A DNA stretch of 64,000 nt from Eledone cirrhosa (taxonomy: Eukaryota): positions 1 to 64,000 of the forward strand of contig CAXHJY010001715.1 in the NCBI GenBank assembly GCA_964016885.1, given 5' to 3'. A program made the position numbers and the translations under genes. Shown here piece after piece: positions 14,437 to 25,856 of the stretch (positions are counted from its first letter, which is position 1; every line of letters begins with the position of its first letter). The notes under the pieces were generated by a model. The model had not been told where the DNA came from, did no database searches, and saw only the letters and a list, made by a program, of their open reading frames with translations.

Positions 14437-16796
14437 TAGGTGAGTGGTTAGGGTGTTAGACACACAATATAGTGTAGGTGTAGTAGTTAGTGTGTTAGAC
14501 ACAATATAGTGTAGGTGTAGTAGTTAGTGTGTTAGACACACAATATAGTGTAGGTGTAGTGGTTAGTGTGTTAGACACAATATAGTGTAGGTGTGGTGTA
14601 GTGGTTAGTGTGCTAGCCACATAATATAGTGTAGGTGTAGTAGTTAGTGTGTTAGACACACAATATAGTGTAGGTGTGGTGTAGTGGTTAGTGTGTTAGA
14701 CACACAATATAGTGTAGGTGTGGTGTAGTGGTTAGTATGTTAGACACAATATAGTGTAGTTGTAGTGTAGTAGTTAGTGTGTTAGACACACAATATAGTG
14801 TAGTGGTTAGTGTGTTAGACATAATATAGTGTAGGTGTGGTGTAGTGGTTAGTGTGTTAGACACAATATAGTGTAGGTGTAGTGTAGTGGTTAGTGTGTT
14901 AGACACACAATATAGTGTAGGTGTAGTAGTTAGTGTGTTAGACATAATATAGTGTAGGTGTGGTGTAGTAGTTAGTGTGTTAGACATAATATAGTGTAGG
15001 TGTGGTGTAGTAGTTAGTGTGTTAGACACACAATATAGTGTAGTGGTTAGTGTGTTAGACATAATATAGTGTAGGTGTGGTGTAGTGGTTAGTGTGTTAG
15101 ACACAATATAGTGTAGGTGTAGTGTAGTAGTTAGTGTGTTAGACACAATATAGTGTAGGTCTGGTGTAGTGGTTAGTGTGTTAGACACAATATAGTGTAG
15201 GTGTGGTGTAGTAGTTAGTGCGTTAGACACAATATAGTGTAGGTGTGGTGTAGTGGTTAGTGTGTTAGACACAATATAGTGTAGGTGTGGTGTAGTGGTT
15301 AGTGTGTTAGACACAATATAGTGTAGGTGTGGTGTAGTAGTTAGTGTGTTAGACATAATATAGTGTAGCTGTGGTGTAGTGGTTACTGTGTTAGACACAC
15401 AATATAGTGTAGGTGTGGTGTAGTAGTTAGTGTGTTAGACACAATATAGTGTAGGTGTGGTGTAGTAGTTAGTGTGTTAGACACAATATAGTGTAGGTGT
15501 GGTGTAGTAGTTAGTGTGTTAGACACAATATAGTGTAGGTGTGGTGTAGTAGTTAGTGTGTTAGACACAATATAGTGTAGGTGTGGTGTAGTGGTTAGTG
15601 TGTTAGACACAATATAGTGTAGGTGTAGTGGTTAGTGTGTTAGACACACAATATAGTGTAGATGTGGTGTAGTAGTTAGTGTGTTAGACACAATATAGTG
15701 TAGGTGTGGTGTAGTGGTTAGTGTGTTAGACACAATATAGTGTAAGTGTAGTAGTTAGTGTGTTAGACACACAATATAGTGTAGGTGTAGTGGTTAGTGT
15801 GTTAGACACAATATAGTGTAGGTGTGGTGTAGTGGTTAGTTTGCTAGCCACATAATATAGTGTAGGTGTAGTAGTTAGTGTGTTAGACACACAATATAGT
15901 GTAGGTGTGGTGTAGTGGTTAGTGTGTTAGACACACAATATAGTATAGATGTGGTGTAGTAGTTAGTGTGTTAAACACAATATAGTGTAGGTGGGGTGTA
16001 GTGGTTAGTGTGTTAGACACACAATATAGTGTAGGTGTGGTGTAGTGGTTAGTGTATTAGACATAATATAGTGTAGGTGTAGTGTAGTAGTTAGTGTGTT
16101 AGACACAATATAGTGTAGATGTGGTGTAGTAGTTAGTGTGTTAGACACAATATAGTGTAGGTGTGGTGTAGTAGTTAGTGTGTTAGACACAATATAGTGT
16201 AGGTGTGGTGTAGTAGTTAGTGTGTTAGACACAATATAGTGTAGGTGTGGTGTAGTAGTTAGTGTGTTAGACACACAATATAGTGTAGATGTGGTGTAGT
16301 GGTTAGTGTGTTAGACACAATATAGTGTAGGTGTAGTAGTTAGTGTGTTAGACACAATATAGTGTAGGTGTAGTAGTTAGTGTGTTAGACACACAATATA
16401 GTGTAGGTGTAGTGTAGTAGTTAGTGTGTTAGACACAATATAGTGTAGATGTGGTGTAGTGGTTAGTGTGTTACACACAATATAGTGTAGGTGTGGTGTA
16501 GTGGTTATTGTGTTAGACACAGTATAGTGTAGGTATAGTGTAGTAGTTAGTGTGTTAGACACACAATATAGTGTAGGTGTAGTGTAGTAGTTAGTGTGTT
16601 AGACACAATATAGTGTAGATGTGGTGTAGTGGTTAGTGTGTTACACACAATATAGTGTAGGTGTGGTGTAGTGGTTAGTGTGTTAGACACAATATAGTGT
16701 AGGTATAGTGTAGTAGTTAGTGTGTTAGACATACAATATAGTGTAGGTGGGGTGTAGTAGTTAGTGTGTTAGACACACAATATAGTGTAGGTGTGT
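14437..16796. repeat. ~42-bp minisatellite GTTAGTGTGTTAGACACAATATAGTGTAGGTGTGGTGTAGTG (with shorter and longer variants)
   Basis: Direct tandem repetition. It produces the 14-aa periodic minus-strand ORFs (SNTLTTTPHLHYIV). Confidence 0.95.
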
Positions 16797-17010
16797 GACC
16801 TAGTCCTTAGGGTGTTGGACACATCATGTAATGTATGTGTGAGACCTAGTGGTTAAGTTGTTGTACACACAGCATAGGATTATCTGGCTTTATGGTTAAC
16901 ATGTTTTAATGACATAAAATCATTGGGTTTGTTACTTAGATGAATGGCACCTTCTTGAGCCAGACACTTTATTTCATGTTGATCCACTTCACTCATTTGA
17001 AAATAAGTGA
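16790..17010 (+). mobile_element. Degenerate family-1-related SINE (head plus CORE-like domain) continuous with the 42-bp array
   Basis: GACCTAGTGGTTAAG is followed by TTCTTGAGCCAGACACTTTATTTCATGTTGATCCACTTCACTCA, matching TTCCTTGAGCAAGACACTTTATTTCACATTGCTCCAGTTTACTCA of the SINE at 43482. Confidence 0.65.
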
Positions 17011-17084
17011 AAAGCAACATCAACCAGATGTGAAGCATGTGATGGAGTGTTGTCCTGTCCAAGGAGGTGTTTTGTACTTTGAAG

Positions 17085-17526
17085 ATATTACATGTTGCTA
17101 TAATGACCCAACTCCTACAGTAGTTCACTACATGTTAATATTGTAACCAACACAAACACTAATTCACTACATGTTGCCATAGTGACCCAACAGATGAGTA
17201 CTTCACTACATGTTATTATAGTGAACCAGCACGAACAGTAGTTCATCACATGTTAATATAGTAACACAACACAAATGCTAATTCACTACATGTTGCAATA
17301 GGGAGCCTACACCAACAGTAGTTCACCACATGTTCATACAAACACTAATTCACTACATGTTTCTATAGGGAGTCTACACCAACCATCATACACTGCATGT
17401 TGCTATAGTGATCCAACATCAACAATATTTTCACCACAGGTTGCTATTATGATTCAACACCAAAAGCAGTTCACTACATGTTGATATAGTAACCAAACAC
17501 TAACAATAGTTTCCTACATGTAACTA
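17085..17526. repeat. Diverged 39-bp minisatellite (GTTCACTACATGTTGCTATAGTGACCCAACAC...); resumes at 19071-19135 after a Helitron insertion
   Basis: TTCACTA occurs at 17124, 17163 and 17202 (period 39). Confidence 0.85.
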
Positions 17527-18301
17527 TCTATACATATATATAAAATTGAAATTGTCTGTGTGTGTGTGTGTCCTAAGTTTTGCAAAATCTATACAAATCC
17601 ACATTTCTACTCCAATTGACTTTAAACTTGCATTTATATATTCATTGCGGTCTAAAGATATTAACTGCAGCTTTTATTTTTTAATTTTTCTGTTGTTAAA
17701 GGCGTGTTAGGCACTGGTTATCGATCTTTCTCTCTCTTTCTCTCTCTTTATTAGTCTGTCTTTTTAGATAGATACATAGCTATAAGGTCTCGCCCTTATA
17801 ATTTCTGTATGTATGTCTGGTTGTCTGCATTACGACATTATGACAAACATTGTTCTCATTGATGACGTATTTTCTTCACTATTTTCCATTCATTGCCAGA
17901 GAACGTTTTCATGAACCAAAGTATCGTCTTCCTGTTTTCCTTCGGTTGCAACGTTTTTCGAAATATTTACTTCTGCGTTTACAGATTGATTTTTTTAGTT
18001 TCAGAAGATGCCGTTAAGGGTGAAAGCACACGATAACCAATGTCAATGTTACTGCTGCTATATAGGACTCCCATTGTCACTGAACTTTCACCTTTGTGTT
18101 CTGCATTTCCATCTGCAGGCCAACATGGAATGGTCTTCATAGTAGTCTGTTTATTGAGGGAGAAACAGAAGGGTCTCGAATTTGCTATCCAAAAAACCCA
18201 TTGACAATAACAAAAACCGCTAACATCAACGCAGAATGATACATTGTAGGTCGTTTTAACGTGCAGCGCCGGGTACTACTGCTAGTATATATATATGTAT
18301 T

Positions 18302-18347
<46 letters not shown>

Positions 18348-19070
18348 TGCATTGTAGGTTGCTTTAAGCCATCTTTTATTATTCAAAAAACTCCTTGCCA
18401 ATAAACATTAACCCTTTGTGCGCCATTAATCTGACTGTAGACCAATAAATACCAACTAAACGGAGCGTTGACAAGAACAATGGTGAATGAATCTTCGAGG
18501 TAAACAGTTTCCTCCCGAGCTGTTAGTTCATGCGGCATTCTCTGCTACACCTTTTCAATAATACCGAACAACTTACTGCTGGTCACTCCTTCCTCTAAAA
18601 GCCGTACAAACCGGACATGTGCATCAGGCAGATGGATTGGGTGAAAATCTACACCAGGCCTACGCGAGAAATTTGAAAGGGACTGCACCAAGAGAGATAG
18701 AGAGAAAGAGTGCGAATGAACTTTTGAGGTAAGTAGCCTACGCCTTACTGCTATGACACTGGAACCCTCTGCCAACTTAACCTGTAACATTCTCTTTCAC
18801 ATTTACTCCAATAGGCCAAAACAGAGTGAAAACGCCAGGGGACAACTGTCACAGAAGGAGTATGAAAAGAAGGGGCTCAACAATATTTTTATGAACAATG
18901 CACGTAGACAGCTAAACTGTACTTTCAACTTCTTAATTTTCTCCAAATAAAACAAGTTTCCTGTCGGTATATTTTCGTGAGTTTTTAATAGGCACTCACA
19001 AATAAACGTTTCTCATTGGAGGTGCTATTACCAATGTTCTTACCCGTGCAATGCCGGGATACACTGCTAG
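17527..19070 (+). mobile_element. Composite non-autonomous Helitron-like element with two 3' termini
   Basis: 5' end A|TCTATACATATATA. Internal terminus ...GCGCCGGGTACTACTG-CTAG (18282-18285). Final terminus CCCGTGCAATGCCGGG-ATACACTG-CTAG|T (19067-19070). Removing the element restores the 39-bp repeat unit (ACATGTAACTA|TAGTGAC). Confidence 0.85.
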
Positions 19071-19427
19071 TAGTGACATAAGACCAGTACCAGTTCACAA
19101 CATGATGCTATATTGACCCAGTTGGACATGTTAAACAATAGAGATTATTGTGTTGTCTATTAATATTTTACCTGTAATTTCTCAAACATGATGATGTGGC
19201 AATAGAATGCTTCGAGATATTTGTTCCAACTCTCTATGCTCTAATTTCAAATCTGACTGAGGTCAACTTGGCCTTTATTTCTTTCAAAGTTGAAAAATTT
19301 AGTACAAGTTCAATATTGGGGCTTGATTCTTCCTTTATAACTCTCTTTCTCACTTTCTCTCTCTCATTTCCTTTCGCTGGAAGAAATCAGCTGTGTTCAG
19401 ACCTGGAGAGGTATGTGTTCCATGAAG

Positions 19428-19640
19428 TTTAGCCTTTACAGCATTTAAACCGGCCATATCCAGCCAGAATTCTCTTCCCTCTCTCTCTGTTCAAACCAGC
19501 CATAACCGTTGTTAAGGTATTGTTCTCAAAATAAATAATATCAAAATCTCATAGCTTCGATATTATATGAGATAATTATGTGAGATAAAGTATTTACCAT
19601 GAAAATACAATAGTATATATAGAGTAATGTAAATGCCCAA
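19428..19640 (+). mobile_element. Degenerate piggyBac-like MITE, second copy of 25051-25271
   Basis: Shares GTTAAGGTATTGTTCTCAAAATAAATAATATCAAAATCTCAT...GAGATAATTATGTGAGATAA with the 25.1-kb copy. Confidence 0.7.
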
Positions 19641-19740
19641 GACACACCATATGCTATGATGATGTCCCAATGATTCAATCAGGAGTTAAGTGCTCATGGA
19701 TATATAACTTCTTCAGCCTAGTTTCCTCATTTATAATATA

Positions 19741-22700
19741 CTAACAGAATGGCCCGGCGTTACTCGGGATTCTAAACATAGATTGGCATGTTTATCCCTC
19801 CTTTCTGAAACAGTACAGAGAAGTACGGAATACTTCGGCCTTGCGACCATCGAATAGCGGATTCCACTGATGATTCGTTTGCCCGCCTTGTTCTTTTTCT
19901 TGTCGCTTTGGGAGTATTTCGGCCAATGGAGTATCTCTTCCTTCGAGGCATGACCTAAAAGCAGGATGAAGTACACTAAGACTGACTGGTAGAGTAAGGA
20001 GTAAACTCGTCAGTGATGCATGTGATTTCCGAACCGTTAACTATGTAATTGCTAAGCCATGAGTGCTATCTTAACCAGGGCACAACGTTATAGCTATGTA
20101 TCTATCTGCATTACGACATTATGAAAACATTGACTTCACTATCTGTGTGTGTGTGTATATATGTATATATAGTGTGTGTATATATATATATAGTGTATAT
20201 ATATATATATATATATATATCATCATCATCATCGTTTAACGTCCATCTTCCACGCTTGCATGGGTTTGGGCGGGGGTTTTCCCACTTGAGGTAAGGGTGG
20301 TTGTCTTGCTCGCATAGGACTGTCTGGCGGATGCCCTTCCTAACACCAACTACATTTACAGTGTGGACTGGGAGGTTTTTATCGTGTTACCTACATGGCC
20401 ACATTACAGCGTGGACTGTGTGTTTTTTTGTCGTGACACCTACACGACCTCATTTGTTTCGAACTGGATGTTGTGGTACCAACATAACTTTACATTGAAA
20501 GGGGTGATGTGGATGGGGTGGGGGTAGTGGGATGGGGGTGTATTTTGTTAGAGGTGCCTACTGACTGTAGTAGGTTTCACTTTGTACTTAGGTAAGGCGG
20601 ATCTTCTGTATTACTGTGTAGCGCCAAAGATCTCGGTCCAGTGACATTGTCTTGGAGAGGTGTAAGTGTGTGAGGTCAGAATTTATCAAGTCGTCCTAGG
20701 TTTTTCTGGGTCTGCCTACTCCGTGGCTACCGTCTATTTTTATTGCCCTGCACTTTTTTATACAGCTGTCGTCTTTCATGCGCATCACGTGACCATACCA
20801 ACGTAGTCTTCTCTCGAGTAAACAACATCTGATCTCTCTTATTTCTAATTTTTCCCTTAGTTTGTTTATGCTTTGCCGTTCACATATATTACTATTACAC
20901 ATCCAGCGGAGCATGCAAGCTTCGTTCCACTCCAGTCTGCGTATATCCTCTGCACACAATGCCCAGGTCTCACTGCCATGTAACATTGCTGTTCATATGC
21001 AGGCATCATACAGCCTGCCTTTCATTTTTAGAGGGAACCCTTTAGCGGCTAATAGTGGTATAAGCTCTCTGAACTTTTTCCATCCAGTTCTGACTCTAGC
21101 TACTGTACTTTCAGAGCACCCTCCACCACTGCTGATTTTGTCACCCAAGTAACGGAAGGTGTCCACTATTTCTATAGAACCATCTGTGCAATGGAATGAG
21201 CTAGTATTCTGTGGGCACTTGCTGCTACTTACTGCACCAGAGCACCGGCCACATATGAAATCTATGTTCTTAGTTAGCTTACCTGTGATCCCACTACATC
21301 TTTTATGCACCCATACTTTGCATTTGGGACATAAAATGGTGTTTCTACCTACGCCTTTCCTACACACTGAGCATGGCCATTTCCCGGATGGGACCGGTGC
21401 CCTATTTTCCTTTCTACAAACTAGAACTTTAGTCTTAGACAGGTTAATTTTAAGGCCTTTTGATTCTAGGCCATGCTTCCATGTTTGGAATTTCTTCTCT
21501 AGTTCGGCCATTGATTCAGCTATGAGCGTTAGATCATCTGCGTATAGGAGTTCCCATGGGCAACCGGTCTTGAACTCCACTGTTATAGCCTGAAGGGCAA
21601 TAATAAATAGTAGGGGGCTAAGAACGGAGCCCTGATGAACACCAACTATTACGCTAAACTCTTCACTATATTCGTTGTTAATTCTAACCTTGCTGACTGT
21701 TTCTTTATACATGGCTTGTATAGCTCTCACAAGCCATTCATCAACACCTAGTTTTCTAAGAGCCCACCAGATAATGGAATGGGAGACTCTGTCGAAGGCT
21801 TTCTCCAAGTCGACAAAAGCTAAGTATAAGGGTTTACTTTTAGCTAGGTACTTCTCCTGTAGTTGTCGTACAATTAAAAGAGCGTCTGTGGTACTTTTAC
21901 CTGACACAAACCTGAACTGCATTTCATCTAGATCAATTCTCTCTCTGATTAGTTGCGTTATTACTTTTTATGTGACCTTCATGACCTGGTCGATTAATTT
22001 AATGCCTCTATAGTTACTCCTATCTAGGGCATCTCCTTTACCCTTGTAGCAGTTAATGATGATGCTGTTACGCCAGTCCTTCGGAACAACCCCATTCTGT
22101 ATGACTTGGTTTACTATCCTGGTGACCATGGTGTGTCCCCCCCATTCCAGAAGCTTTCAGCATTTCAGCAACTATTTCCGAAGGCCCAGCCGCCTTACTC
22201 GTCTTCATATCTTTGATTGCCTTACTTATTATACTACCTTCGACTAACAGTGCTGGTCCCCTCTATTGGATCGATGTGGGGGAGACTGTCTTTCTCCCAT
22301 TTATTCTCCTCATTTAGTAGCCTTTCATAGTGACACTTCCAAGCTACCTTCTTATCAGCATCAGTGATGGCAAGTACACCATCATCATTAAGGACACACT
22401 TCTCCCCGACTATAATATATATATATATATATATATAGTGTTAGTCGAACTAAAGAGGGCTCGATAAGGATAAATATATATCAAATATATAAGAACCCTA
22501 GAGCAAATATTGTTCTCATTGCTGACCTTCACTTTTTTCTGTTCATTGCCAGGGAATGTCTTCACGAACCGAAGTATCATCTTCCTGTTTTCCTTCGGTT
22601 GCAATGTTTTTCGAAATATTTACTTCTGCATTTTATGTTTTCATAATGTTGTAATGCAGACAGTCAGACATACAGACAGATATTATAAGCGGGTGACGTT

Positions 22701-22909
22701 ATAGCTATGTATCTATCTCAAAAGACAGACTAAGAAGGAGAGAGAGATTGCTAACCGGTCCCTTGGGCATTGAAAATTTGAAATATTTTTTGCTGAAAAC
22801 ACTCACACGACCATAAGTATTACATGTGGAAAGTTTGAAAAAATCGGTTGGGTGGTTCTCGAGTTTTAGGGGACAGACAGACAGACATTCTCTGTTTTAG
22901 ATATATAGA
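19741..22909 (-). mobile_element. Non-autonomous Helitron-like element (family of 33847-35103), interrupted by an RTE LINE
   Basis: 3' end on + is ATACTAACAGAATGGCCCGGCGTTACTCGGGA (mutated CTAG plus hairpin). 5' end on + is GACAGACATTCTCTGTTTTAGATATATAGA|T, as at 35103. Confidence 0.75.
20221..22410 (-). mobile_element. 5'-truncated RTE-clade LINE, subfamily A, frameshifted
   Basis: ORFs 20993-21922 (FVDLEKAFD, QGSVLSP, YADD, PHD-like finger) and 20696-20986 (RLRWYGHVMRM). Has a 3'UTR and (GAT)n tail, and sits inside a (TA)n run. Confidence 0.95.
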
Positions 22910-22929
22910 TGCAGTTGTTGACACATAAT

Positions 22930-23140
22930 ATTCCACAATTATATCATGTATAACCATGTATGCTATTCTCCAATTATAGCATATACCTCTATGCATACTA
23001 TTCCACAATTATATATATATATCTAATCATAATGTTCCACAATTATATCATATATTTCCATCCATAATGCTCCACAATTATATCATGTATTTCCATCCAT
23101 AATGTTCCACAATTATATCATGTATTTCCATCCATAATTC
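22930..23140. repeat. Short 35-bp tandem repeat (TTCCACAATTATATCATGTATTTCCATCCATAATG), ~6 copies
   Basis: (T/C)TCCACAATT occurs at 23001, 23035, 23070 and 23105. Confidence 0.8.
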
Positions 23141-25025
23141 CCTGCTGATGACCTCAACATTATTGCTATTTAAATATTTGCATATAAATTGTTCTGGGAC
23201 TATAATTTACAGTTGGGTGGTTTTGGGAATGTTATCAATTCCTGCTTATTAACCATTTGAAATACAACAATGACTCTCTCTCTCTTTCTCGCTCTCTCTC
23301 TCTTCCTCTTTCTCTTACTTTCTCTCTATCTTCCCCTTCCTCCTCTTGCTTCTCAGTGTCTATTGAAATCAACAATGATGTTCCGCTTCATTGCAGTGAG
23401 CAATGGACATGTATATGGGTGAAAAGTCCAATATGGGACCCACAGACTCAACTGTAGATGTTGCACATGTCCTATGCTTGTGGACTAGATGGTTGTCACT
23501 GCAGTTGCTGAGCCATGTGCCAATCTCTGCACACAGTGACCTGGTCAGAGCAAAGGTTAGACAGCTCAAGGAGATGCTGAGTAGTAAGAGAATGCCTCTC
23601 TCTGCTCACAGCCATGTTGGTCTTTTACTGCATCTTCCTAGCTGGACAATGGAATTTTGCAGTGTTTCAGGGTTTGTAGAAGATTGTCTTTGAATTGCTT
23701 TTTCTGTCTGCTTTGCTCCTTTGCTACTGTGTAAGCTTACCACACATACACAACCAAGAGCTTATTATTGATAATGCTAAGTAGCCTAAGTTAAAGGTAC
23801 ATGCATCTGTGGAATACTCAGCCATTTACACTATATTACAAGACGGTCTGTCTCTGTAATTCAAAGGTTCAACTTTATCATTGTGAATCTCCCTGACAAC
23901 TACATTAGGAATACACATGTCTGTGGAATACCTCAGCCACTTACACATTAATTTCAAAAGCTAGCTGTTCTCTTGATAGAACAACTAGAACACACTCATC
24001 ACGGAAACCAACTGAGATCCATTCCACTTGAAACTTACAGACACATGGCACATGCAGAGTTTCATGTGTTGTTGCTTGAAATATTCTCAAACACTTTATT
24101 TTTGTTTTGTCAAAGAAATAAACTGAATAAATGAAAAATTGGACAAACCAATAGCTCTATGAATGATTCATATTGATCTGTAATAATTAACACAAAACAA
24201 ATGGATCAAGAATAATCGAAAATCGTTTACAAAACAAGAAAACAAAATACAATAAAATGTCACACAATGTTATAGAATTGTTTTATTTAATGGTAATATC
24301 TCTTCAGTTATAGAATATCATATTAGCATGATTCACTCCCAGAACATTCATGGACTCAATTATGATACTGCAAACAGACGTAAACAATTTAAATAGGTAC
24401 ATTAATGTTGTTTGTGTTGTTGTTGCTGTTGTTACAGCTTACACCTATATAGATTTAGTTGGTCTCGCATAAGGCTCTATCTCATAGGAAGTTTCCCTGG
24501 TGTTTTAATGATAGAGGCCTCAGTTTTATGTTTGTGTTGTTTCAGCTTCCTATATAGGATGTATCCTATATAGGATGTATCTTATAGGAGGTTTCTCAAA
24601 TGTTTTAATGATAAGGACCCTCTTCCTGTCATTATAAAAAAACCCACCCTTGTGCCAAACACTTGTCCATTGCAGATTACCCCCCCCCCCCCACACACAC
24701 ACACACACTCCCCAGCTACTGCTGGTACTAATTTTTTTGTCAGCAGAATGGACAGAAATAATGGGAAATGAAGTATCTTACTTAAGAAAACAATACACCT
24801 CACAATCCAGAAATCAAATCAACAACCTTATGATTGTAAGTACATCAACCCTAACCACTAGGCAATGTGTCTTCACAAACATTAATATTGAACAATGATG
24901 ACCTACTAATTGTAAGATTTTGAATTCTAGCCATGGTCTCACACATTGAGGGACCAATTAGGAGTCAAAAGAGAATCTTAAACAATTTAAAGAGATATGT
25001 TAGCATTGAACACAGGACATATGTA

Positions 25026-25365
25026 GAGGCAGGCATGGCTGTGTGGTTAACCCTTTAGTATTTAAACTGGTCATATCCATCCAGAATTCACTCAACTCTT
25101 TCTGTTCAAACTGGCTGTATCTGGCTGAGAATACTGATGTTAAGGTATTGTTCTCAAAATAAATAATATCAAAATCTCATTGATTCGATATTATATGAGA
25201 TAATTATGTGAGATAAAGCCTTTACCATGAGAATATAATAGTATATATAGAGTAAAATAAATGCTAAAGGGTTACAGAGTTCACTTTGCAGCCACATGGT
25301 TATGGTTCAGTCCCACTGTGTGGACTTAGGGCAAGTATCTTCTGCTATAGCACCAGGTTGACTAA
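25026..25365 (+). mobile_element. tRNA-derived SINE, family 3, interrupted by a piggyBac-like MITE
   Basis: GGCAGGCATGGCTGTGTGGTTAA|...|AGAGTTCACTTTGCAGCCACATGGTTATGGTTCAGTCCCACTGTGTGG...GGGCAAGTATCTTCT. An uninterrupted head occurs at 55410-55495. Confidence 0.7.
25051..25271. mobile_element. piggyBac-like MITE (~220 bp)
   Basis: TTAA|CCCTTTAG(T)ATTTA ... TAAATGCTAAAGGG|TTAC: terminal inverted repeats with a TTAA-type target site. Confidence 0.8.
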
Positions 25366-25823
25366 TATGGTTGTTATAAAATCCACAGATGATTTAGGCG
25401 AGAACACTTTGCCATCAAGACCAAAAGGTTTGTGAAATTTACCAAAATTCCCTTCACTCTATGTCTGGACTTCAGAAGCACTTATGGGGTCACAGTAGAA
25501 ATATTTCTACTTAATAAAAATAATAATTGCACAATCAGAAACAGTCTTGACTATTAATCGTGTGACAACAATTGTGTGTGTGTGTGTGTGTGTGTACATA
25601 TGACTTTTAGAAAAAAAAAGAAAGAGAACATTTAGAGAAAAATCAACATCAGTAATAATAGCTACAATAACAACAACAATACTTTATCTTTATTCATGTA
25701 GTGCAGAGGTTCTCAAAGTGGGCGCTACTGCCCCACGAGGGGGAGGTGGCTTGAGAAGGTCCAAGGGGTGCTGGGGCCTAAGGAGCAGGTAGGGATAATA
25801 TAATAGTATATTAAATATCAAAT

Positions 25824-25824
25824 G

Positions 25825-25856
<32 letters not shown>

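Noticed and set aside
14688-16732. Thr/His-rich repeat protein (SNTLTTTPHLHYIV)n
   Set aside because: By-product of a 42-bp unit. Frequent 2- and 5-bp indels break the frame, and there is no gene structure.
14437-17526. CRISPR-like arrays (42-bp and 39-bp periodicity)
   Set aside because: Units are head-to-tail with no unique spacers, there are no cas genes, and the context is eukaryotic.
23369-23693. Possible host exon (ORFs 23403-23693 + and 23369-23569 -)
   Set aside because: Higher-complexity sequence, but I recognise no protein motif or convincing splice pair. BLASTx or RNA-seq would be needed.
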